From positions 108,873-172,872 of the forward strand of contig QPMI01000192.1 in assembly GCA_004431415.1 (NCBI GenBank): 64,000 nucleotides of DNA, given 5' to 3'. The stretch comes from Cyanophora paradoxa CCMP329. Lineage: Eukaryota > Plantae > Glaucophyta. Position 1 is the first letter of the stretch. The number at the start of each line of letters is the position of its first letter. The position numbers and the translations under genes were made by a program. Positions 55,137-64,000 of this stretch are shown here, in pieces. The notes beneath the pieces are model-generated. The model was not told where the DNA came from. It did not search any database and was given only the letters and a program-made list of their open reading frames with translations.

Positions 55137-55382
55137 TTATAGACCTGGGGGTCCATTGCTACTTTCAGTTGGCAAATAATATTTAATCGGTCTTCCTCTG
55201 GGTCTCTGCTCCTCTTTTTGGGCTTTTCTGCGATAATAGGATGCCAGGGCTTGCTGCTTTTTATACTCTCTATATTCTGGGTCCTCTCTATATCGTTTCT
55301 GCATTGCTAGAATGTGTCTAATGGAACCCTCAGTAACAGGTTCATCACTGGTAAACTCGATTAAACTAATAGTATCCTCCAT
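55137..55382 (-). CDS. Second small AT-hook-like paralogue
   Basis: QKRYREDPEYREYKK..RPRGRP. Confidence 0.6.
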   Translation of the reverse strand: MEDTISLIEFTSDEPVTEGSIRHILAMQKRYREDPEYREYKKQQALASYYRRKAQKEEQRPRGRPIKYYLPTESSNGPPGL

Positions 55383-55647
55383 TTATATTCCCAGAGAAAA
55401 CGTTTTCTGCTGACAGAGAACTTCTCCTTGGATACTCCTGTTGCTCCTGTTGCTCATATGTATACTCTGTGGGGTCTGCTGGCATTGACTCCACAGAAAC
55501 TGTAGACCTCCTTCTCTCTCTTGCTTCTGAGGCATTATCCTCATTATCTGACATCTCAAACTCCACTGTTGTCTCACAACATCCACTGTGGCAATTGCTC
55601 ACCACATGCAGACTGAACATCTCGAAGAACTTTCGTATTATGTCCAT
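55366..55647 (-). CDS. CxSGCC protein, orthologue of 15818-16231
   Basis: MDIIRKFFEMFSLHVVSNCHSGCCETTVE; start chosen by homology. Confidence 0.72.
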   Translation of the reverse strand: MDIIRKFFEMFSLHVVSNCHSGCCETTVEFEMSDNEDNASEARERRRSTVSVESMPADPTEYTYEQQEQQEYPRRSSLSAENVFSGNINGGYY

Positions 55648-55669
55648 ATCTCTAATAAAACAGAGAAAA

Positions 55670-56404
55670 TTAAAGCCAAACTCGTCTTTTATATACTGTT
55701 GGGGCAACTCCCTTTTCTACTTCAGCTTTGGTGGCACCAGGTTCAATGGTTCCCTTTTGGGTTTTTGTTTTCATTTCATCTACTGCCTGCTCATCGATTT
55801 GGTTCTCTTTCTTAGCAATAAACTGTTTATCTGGGACACCAGTAATACCCATTTTATAAACTTCCTTTCGAAGCATCTCCTTTAGCTTGGCTCTCTCTTT
55901 CTTCTCAGTAACATACTGCTCCAAGGCACTTGATTTGGCTTCCAGATCTTTGAGTTTAGCAGTCATCTCATCCCATTGAGCCTTGGGAATTCGATGAACA
56001 TTCTGAGTGGGAGCAGTCTTGTATGTGACTTCACCAGCCATAGACTGAATTACCTTGTCTGATTCCTTACTAAGACCTTCACCTTTGCGAGTCAGTGAAA
56101 GATCTTGCAAGCCTAAACCTTTATCATCAGCAGCACCAATAATTCGCCTGGCACCCTCAGCAACAGACTTCATCTTTGAGGCTTCTGGTGAGATGTTGAG
56201 TTGGTCAGCAGTTGAACTTTGTGGGGCTTTGTCATCGACTGATTCCTCATAGGCAGCATTTAGGGGGTCTTCTTGGGGTTGTGAGGGTTTGATTTCGTTC
56301 ATACCATTGAATTTCATGGGTTCAGTGTTAATAGATCCATTGTTTCCACCACCTGAATAGCCAACAGCCCCAGCTGGGATCCCTATCTTTCGTTTGGGAG
56401 GCAT
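55670..56404 (-). CDS. Coiled-coil protein, orthologue of 17466-18149
   Basis: Shared coiled-coil block and synteny. Confidence 0.72.
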   Translation of the reverse strand: MPPKRKIGIPAGAVGYSGGGNNGSINTEPMKFNGMNEIKPSQPQEDPLNAAYEESVDDKAPQSSTADQLNISPEASKMKSVAEGARRIIGAADDKGLGLQDLSLTRKGEGLSKESDKVIQSMAGEVTYKTAPTQNVHRIPKAQWDEMTAKLKDLEAKSSALEQYVTEKKERAKLKEMLRKEVYKMGITGVPDKQFIAKKENQIDEQAVDEMKTKTQKGTIEPGATKAEVEKGVAPTVYKRRVWL

Positions 56405-56432
56405 TGTATCTTTATTAGAATGAGAGATAATT

Positions 56433-57215
56433 TTATAAACCGCGTTTATATCGCATCAATTTATTGCTATGGACTTGGCTCTTCACTTCTTTGGGGGCTT
56501 CCTCTTTCTCTGGGGGTTTCAGCTCATCTTCTTTCTTTTTGGGCTTCCTGTGGAAGCGAGGGAATGGGAAATCTTTCACAAGGTCCGCTTTATCTACAAA
56601 GTATTTAACTGAGTAGCCAGCAGAGGACCAAACGATATACTGATAGGAGTGAACATACTCTTCAAACATCTTGTAGAAATCCTCTTTATTTCGCATTATA
56701 TTGTATTCTTCCTCTATGGCTTCAAGTTCTTTGCGATTAGCAGCACTCAGGAAAACAGCATAATCAGAATTAACTCGAATAGTGGAAGACACTTTTCTGA
56801 GTTTCTGTGTAATGCAGATAATGGATATTTTCGAATGGCGACCTCTGGAATACAAGGATCCGATTATTTTATCCCTTGTGAGATCGACTATCTCATTATC
56901 AATTAAATCATCTAAAACAACACACATGTGGTTGACAGGTTCACCTTTTTCGATTTTCTCCTGCCTTTCATCCAAAAGCTTTGAAATGTAACCAGCATCC
57001 CATTTACCAAGTTCTACTGTTGCAACCTCTCTCCAGAAACGATTAAAGCTGGTCCCACTCACAACTAGGACAACATCAATAACTTTGGCATCATGTAATT
57101 GCTTTAACCAATACTTTACACATTCGCTTTTTCCCGTACAACTTTTGCCTATAAAAATGGCTCTGAAAACACCTTTTATCATTTCAGAAACATTAAACTC
57201 TTCTAAATCTTGCAT
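56433..57215 (-). CDS. Packaging ATPase (A32-like)
   Basis: GKSCTGKS, VVLDD, RGRH, ITQ, IRVN. Confidence 0.92.
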   Translation of the reverse strand: MQDLEEFNVSEMIKGVFRAIFIGKSCTGKSECVKYWLKQLHDAKVIDVVLVVSGTSFNRFWREVATVELGKWDAGYISKLLDERQEKIEKGEPVNHMCVVLDDLIDNEIVDLTRDKIIGSLYSRGRHSKISIICITQKLRKVSSTIRVNSDYAVFLSAANRKELEAIEEEYNIMRNKEDFYKMFEEYVHSYQYIVWSSAGYSVKYFVDKADLVKDFPFPRFHRKPKKKEDELKPPEKEEAPKEVKSQVHSNKLMRYKRGL

Positions 57216-57274
57216 TGTTGTAGATCTTCCTAAATAAAGACAGATAAAAATAATGCAGGGAGACTGAATATGGT

Positions 57275-58636
57275 CTATAAATTGATTCTACGAACCCCTG
57301 AACCGTCTATAATGAGGAAACTATGCATTAAAGCGCGAACTTGAACATTGATTGTCTTATCTGTGGGCATGTAGAGTGTGAGGAATGAAGATGAGGAATT
57401 TGTCAGGTCAACAAATCCACTTTGAGCAATATTTCGAATCGCCTTCTCTCCATCAATGCAGAAACTTAAACCTGAAAGGACATATTTATCTGCAACCTTG
57501 TCCATGTTAGAGCATTTGAAGGCATCAGCAATTAGCTCAGCACCTTTGAGTAGGGAAATTGGTCAGTGGCATAAAGTCGCTGTCCATTAATTTCAACAGT
57601 GAATGTGATGTCTTTGGAGTTGGCATAGGTCTTAAGAACACTGTGGGAGCCATTGGATTTGTCAACAGTTTCATAATCACGAACTGAAACAAGCAGAGCA
57701 TAGACAAGACCTGAGATTTGAGAGAGGTTAATTCGATTGGGCTGGGCATTGCCCTTGGCAGGGAAAGCAATGGCATCTACAAATCCAATATCAAGGAGGG
57801 AATAGCCATGCCAGTAGTCTTTACTTTTTCAATTACAGTAGCGAAAAGCTCATCAGAAACATTAATAGCATGCATGTAAAGGCGAGGAGAAGTAATTGAA
57901 ATAGCAGGGGTTGTTGCACCAAGACTGAAAGTGGTGATGTTTTGACCAACATGGGCAAGTGTAGCATTAGCAGTATCACCAAGACCATCATCTTCTGTCT
58001 TATCAGCAGCTGTCCCACCAACAACAGGGAGAGAGCGACCACCATAGGAGTTTCAACATAACCCTTTCCAGCATCCTTAAACCAAACAGTAACAACCATT
58101 TCACCAGATAAAGCACCAAGGGGAAGATAGTGATTTAGCCAAGGCACTGGGATTTCAACGAAAAATGAGCCACCAAGTCGGTTGGTTCCATGAGCAGGGA
58201 TACCATGAACCATGCCATTGAGCGTTTCTTTTTAGCTAGTTGATCTCCGAATAATAGACCAGGGGGAATGAGCAAGGAAATCAGAAGGGATGTGGTAGGT
58301 GTAAGATCCATAGGTAATTTCAAGTCGCTGAACTAAAGCACCAACTGGGCGAGTGTATCCATTGCGAACTAGATCTTCACCAGCAAAAGTGATTTCTGGT
58401 AGATCGAAAGCAAGTTCGAGTTTTCCACAGAAATTGTAGCGAGGTAGCTTGAAGGAAATGCGATTTCCTACATTATTCTCAAAAGTATTGCTGGGATTCA
58501 CAACAACTAGAACTGGCTTAGACTTGGATTCGAGACCAAGCATAAGGGAGTTATCCAGGAAAAAGGCTTTCGCCTCCTCTGGGGTTGTTAGGGCTTCTTT
58601 CAGCGAAAGTCTTTGAAGAGTGGAAGTGATATCCAT
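57275..58636 (-). pseudogene. Major capsid protein, frameshifted in this assembly
   Basis: GNRISFKLPRY and VRALMHSFLIIDGSGVRRI match the element 1 capsid termini; several frame breaks. Confidence 0.75.
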
Positions 58637-58689
58637 GATTATCTCTTTTATTATACTGCAACATAAAAAATCTACCAATGATCCTTAAT

Positions 58690-59698
58690 TTATGCGAAGC
58701 TTGTAATTACTGGATAGGAAGGGTGAAGCTGTGACATTCGCATCTTAAAGTATTCATAAACTGGGTCTCCTGCTGGCTCATCACCATAGCGAATTTCAAA
58801 GGTCAGATGAACAGGTTGACCCTCAAAATCAATTGGTTCATTAATAGCATTTACAATATCAACCGAGAAAGTGGATAATCCAACCTTCTTATTATAGTAT
58901 TTGTAAAGTGGATGAGCCTCTGTCGAATTGTAAACTACATGCTCACCATAATCTTTGTCAGGGACCACTATTTTATGGAAGTAACCAGTCAGAAGACCAT
59001 CCCCACATTGCACCAGATCACCCAGCTCCTTTACTCTCACAAACAAAACACTGTCCCTGGTCTTCTCAGGCTCAAAAGAAGATATAATGCCATTCACTCG
59101 ACCACCAGTAAAGATTCCATCAGTGAGAGCATCATAGACCTGTGATTGGATTGGGGAGTTACCATATCTTCCAGGATCAAGACCCAGCAGTCTAGCTGAA
59201 CTCAACAGCTTTTGGATTGTTTGTTGGCTTGGGTTCACAGCTACTGAGAAAGCCAAGTAAAATGGTACTGCTGAGTGGAATATAATTCGTTTCAGTGATT
59301 CATCCCATTTGCAGCGAATGGATGGTTGGGGATTTCTGCCTTCGAATTTAGAGTTAATTACATTCACCAGTTGTTGGTGGCTTTGGATGGGGTGTTTCGA
59401 CTTATAATGAATTGTTTCCATTGTTCATAGTCAGCAGCTGGGCGAACTGTTGGAATTCCTGAGCTTCCAGCTCCAGGAGTTTGTTCAGAATAATAAATGC
59501 TAAATGCATTGTCAACTGTCACATCTCCAACTTTGGTTTCACCACTCACCATAGGGATGCTGTTATAAAATTCGGCTGATACCAGTCTCACAGCCCTCAC
59601 ATTCTCATAAGAACTTGGGAGTCTAGCCACAAAGCTTGATGTGGACCATCACCAGAGATTGTATTAAATGAGCTAACCTCGATGTAATCCACAGGCAT
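58690..59698 (-). pseudogene. Minor capsid protein 1, frameshifted
   Basis: LPSSYENVRAVRLVSAE and IDFEGQPVHLTFEI. Confidence 0.72.
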
Positions 59699-59727
59699 TC
59701 TTCTTTTATCTATATTTATATATTAAA

Positions 59728-60657
59728 ATGAATCGACTTGTTAATATTGATAGCAGGGATAGAAGCCAAGGACAAAATGAAAACTCTTACAGGGTCACTC
59801 TCACAACTCCAGTAGAGAGACCAAGGGAATGTAGGGTTCTCTATGCAGAGATTCCAAACAGTATCTATAACAGTGTGGGAACTGATCATCTAACAGTTCA
59901 GTTTAATTACAAGATGGTTCATACAATGAAATCATCACACAGAAAGTGTATCCCCTTCCCAGTGGCTACATTAACCAGGGTCATTTTGGGGTAACACACC
60001 CTTATAATTATGGGCTGAACTATTCAAGCTTCCAAACCATTGCAGGCAAAACAGTAGCTTTTGAGTTCAAGATATTCTATAACCCAACTACCTATAAAGT
60101 GGAGTTTTACAGTAACCATGAGTTTCGTTTTATTGCAAGCAACAGAGAATAGGGAAGCTTTTGGGTGTGAGTTCTACTGAATACACCAATGGTTATTATA
60201 GCACTCCTCCTGCTGGTGGATCTCCCTATCGACCTGAGAACCTTTTAAAGTATGATGGCAAACCTATTACACCTGATCACCCAGCATGGGGAATCACCTT
60301 CTCAGGACCCAGACTCTCCTCAAAGCCCTTGCAATATTATTTTGACAGCAGGAAGATGTCTGATATGAATGCTGAGCAGTATCTGTACATGCATATTAAA
60401 GAGCTGTCCCCCTTTGCCAGCAGACACAATATAATCCCGAAATCGCAACCACATAACCAGGGGGCAATCCTTAGACTGCAATTGAGTAAAGATATAGGCG
60501 GCTATGTTTACCATAGTGGTGAGCATGCCGAATTCATTCAGATAAATGACAGAAACCTGGTGATAAGGGAACTCACTGTGAGTTTAAAGATTACTTTGGT
60601 GAACTGATTGATATGAATGGAATCGACAATTCTTTTCAGTTGGAGTTTATCGAATAA
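59728..60657 (+). pseudogene. Minor capsid protein 2, frameshifted
   Basis: VNIDSRDR..VLYAEIPNS; ends DMNGIDNSFQLEFIE. Confidence 0.72.
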
Positions 60658-62185
60658 AGGCACCTGTAAAGTCCACTCTCATTGTGGGAGCATTCACATA
60701 CACAAGGGATAAATGCGAATATACTTGATTCTGAGAGAAAAACCTATGTAAAAGCATCCTTGATGCTGAGAGGAAATCCACTCAATAAAGCAACATCACC
60801 TGAGTTGTGAGCATTGTTAATGTTCTCACAGACATATATTTTGTTCTGCCCATCTGATCGAATAAAAGACCAGTTGATCCCATCAGTGGATGTTGCCACA
60901 TTGAAAGTCTTAATAAAAGCATTGGTGTCCCTGAACCATAGGCAATAACAGAGGAGAGTTCGAAAGTATATGGGAAAGCAACTTGAAGGTATTCAGTGGG
61001 GGTTTCCCATATCTGCTCAGGAGCATAGGCTCCAGCTTCCCAGCCAAATGCTGAAGGTCTAGCCATGAAAGGCTCTTTACCTGTCACAGAGGATGAGGCA
61101 GTGAAGGCATCATCTGCAAGCTGATACCAATTTGCATCCAAAGGAGGTGATGTAGTGAGAGTGGATGATATGTAAGCCTTTGAAGGGTTCTTTAATTCAT
61201 AGTTTGCTACTAGAATGCTGCAAAGCTTATTAATCATATCATTGTTTGCTGCAATGTATGTTCAGTGAATGCAAGCATGTCTGGGATTTTAGAAGTGTCA
61301 TCCAGGGAGCTTACTATATGATTTGGAAGTGGGACTGATAGCCTATAGTATCTCCCATAATCCTGATCATAGTTGTAGGGTAACAACTCCTCCATCTTAT
61401 CAAGGGCAGAAAGCTCACTTGCAGCCATGAGCATGTTAATCAATGGCTTCCATCTGTTGAGGCAATCCATGAGAGAATGCCCCAGCTGTTGACAGTCTCA
61501 TAAGCATAACCCACATAATCAGACTCTAAATGTGGGTCCACCTCTCCACAAGATATACTTATTACTATAAATCATCATCATCACTGTAAATTTCTTTGCA
61601 TGGCTGTAACCACACACACTGGGATTATTGTTTCCCGAAATGGCACCATCAATTAGACAGACATATACTCCCCGATTGAAATCAACAATGCTTACAGGAG
61701 AGAAATATGTAGGAGCAGCAGAAGTAGCCCTAGCAGCAATCTTACAAGGCATAAAGTTGTAATTGTTGTATTTGTGATAAAATTGGTTTCATATCTGAGT
61801 ATCAAAGATGTGATCACAATGTCCTTTAGGGAATCCTGTATTAGTGATCACCAGTAACTGAATTGATTGCAGTCTCCAAGGTCCCACATCATACTTTGTA
61901 TTAAAAGGGCATTTTCGATTATATTTCGAGGATTTGCGAAAATCAAGGGCAGTTGAGTTAGGTAAATATTGTGTAAATCGTTTGCTGTCAGTTTAGGTTC
62001 ACCTGGTTTATCAGGATGCCTTATATTCAAACCTATTGCAATGATCCCACCAGTGGAAGTTCCACTCACAAGATCACAAGATCGATTATTCTCCTGCAGT
62101 TCGATTTCGATTTCTTTTAGCAGCCTGGTTATGATAATGCCCCTTGCACCTCCCCTGATAAAGACAGGCAGATTTTCAAGGGCAT
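60647..62185 (-). pseudogene. Patatin-discoidin lipase, frameshifted
   Basis: GTSTGG, RATSAAPTYF, LIDGAISGNN, EYLQVAFP, ends RVDFTGAFIR. Confidence 0.8.
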
Positions 62186-62228
62186 CTTTTTACTTATCAG
62201 GAATTTTATAAATCCATATAGTAAAGCC

Positions 62229-64000
62229 ATGAGCTTAATTACCCACAAAATCTAGAACCATTCAAGATGATATGCAAGCAGCACCAAGCATGTGAACTTT
62301 GATAATATTAAAGTAAAGGGTTCAGTTTCGATTGACCACAGTTCCGATAATTCATCCAAGACTCAATCAAGGAGCATGCTTTATCTGTGAATCAAACCGA
62401 TCCAGATAAGGGGAAGTTAGTGTTGTTTACTTGGGTAATGTGAAAGCAAACCAAGTGCAGAGATCAAGCAACAAGAAGGGACCTAGGAACTCAACCAGTG
62501 GCACTCACCCAGATATACCTTCTAGGTTTGATAGTGGTCGATTGTTTCAATGTTCAAGATGAGCAGGGCAAACAGAACACAGGTTTGCGAATTTACAATG
62601 AGGGCAGCACTGCAAAAGCTGAGGTCCCCCAAGTATTGCAAGTGGTCCCATTGCCACACAAATCAGGTCTCCTACACAAATGATGTCTACCCAAGGATAT
62701 TACATATGACTTTGCAAGGAATGAGCCTTTTGGGTTCTTTACTCCAAAAGATGTCCATCAAAAAAGCCATCAATTACCAATCAACAGTAGCCCCAGTCAA
62801 CCAGTAGCAATCCATTTACATCTGATCTTGTTGAAATGGATAGGCACCTTTTGCCTTTGTATAGCAATGTGAAAGACCTTGGAATTCGAACCAGGCAATG
62901 GCGAAATATCCATGGCAGCAATGTGTATGCAAATGGTGAGAAGCTTGTAAGTGAGAAGACCATAAGAGAGATCTTGAGTATTATGGACCTGTCCCAGTTC
63001 CCTTCCTCTTCCATGGGATCCACCGGATTTAACACCGAAAAAGCAACCAGGCAGAGAGTACACAGCAACTGAGATGTAGCTTTGGGCAGCATATGTGAGT
63101 TGGGAGCAAGTTCGCAATAAACCTATAATTGAACCCAAAAGCAAATAGATGAGCAGTATTTACCTCCGAAGTCGACATATTAGAGCTTGATGAATATCAA
63201 TTCGTTCCAGATGAGGAAGAGTATTTACCAGATGGTTTTGACCCACAAGAATATGAATATGATCAGTTTGACCCAATGAGGAGGAGATACTACCAGATGG
63301 CTTAGATCCACAAGAGTTTGAGTATGAGCAGAACTATGAACCTGATGAGGAGTATTTGCCAGATGGGCATGATCCACCAGCTGTTGATTATGAGCAACCT
63401 TATGAACCCCATGAGGAATATTACCAGATGGATTTCGACCTGAGATCTGGGAGTTCTTTCCTGATTATGACAAATTAAAATAAACCTGCAAAGTATCCCC
63501 AGAGGATCACAATCATGACTGGGATGAGATCTTAGGCAAACCAAAAATCCACCAGAGGATCACAGGCATGATTGGGGTGATTGATGGGATTCCAGATAAT
63601 TTGCACAAGCAACCATGAACACACTTGGGATGAGATCAATGACCAACCAGAATTCAAAGTGGAGCCTCTTGATAACTTGGGGTTTCTCTTTACCAGACTT
63701 GTAATGTCCCTGAAAGGATCTTTTTGAATGAACACTATGTACATGTGAATGGGACACTTGCAAATTCAGCTATGAGAGGACCACTTCATATTAGGACATT
63801 ACCAGGCTCTTATAATCCACCACCTGAACCAGGAGCAACCATACCAAATATCTTTGTGTCAAGCTACATGGAGGCTGACATTCCCACAGATACATTCAGA
63901 GTCCCAACAGACCCAGCAACCTACCAAAATTACAACTCTGCTATACAGGTTCATGTAGCAGATGTAAGCAGTTTAGATGGCTCAAGACCAATGATAGTTT
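62229..64000 (+). pseudogene. Large fibre/spike gene, heavily frameshifted, truncated by the window edge
   Basis: FNVQDEQGKQNTGLRIYN..KAEV matches FFIQDESGFQNAAMRIVDN..KVEV of 24551-27145; LLP..KDLG..QWRNIH motif; syntenic. Confidence 0.65.

Larger units (their letters stand above)
45243..64000. mobile_element. Element 2: endogenous Polinton-like virus, right end outside the window
   Basis: Abrupt GC drop; integrase, pPolB, primase-helicase, ATPase and capsid genes syntenic with element 1. Left boundary approximate because the TSD cannot be checked. Confidence 0.92.

Overview
GC-rich, intron-rich eukaryotic (probably protist/algal) host DNA carrying two related endogenous Polinton-like viruses (PLVs). 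Element 1 (6985-31663, 24.7 kb) is complete, with ~518-bp near-identical terminal inverted repeats (TIRs) and a 6-bp target-site duplication (CAGATG). Element 2 starts at ~45243 with a 29-bp-stem terminal hairpin, sits in an apparent intron of a host gene and runs off the window. Both share one gene order: rve integrase, replication module, AT-hook-like protein(s), CxSGCC protein, coiled-coil protein, packaging ATPase, major capsid protein, two head-to-head minor capsid proteins, patatin-discoidin lipase, fibre/spike genes. Their replication modules differ completely. Element 1 has a divergent PolB + SF1 helicase + HNH fusion; element 2 has a Polinton-type pPolB plus an AEP primase-SF3 helicase. 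Element 1 also carries an S-adenosylmethionine decarboxylase, two homing endonucleases, a D-D35-N integrase and a probable membrane-anchored spike. Many frameshifts are single-base losses, often in homopolymers, and may be sequencing errors. All family calls come from motif recognition by eye; no database searches were run.
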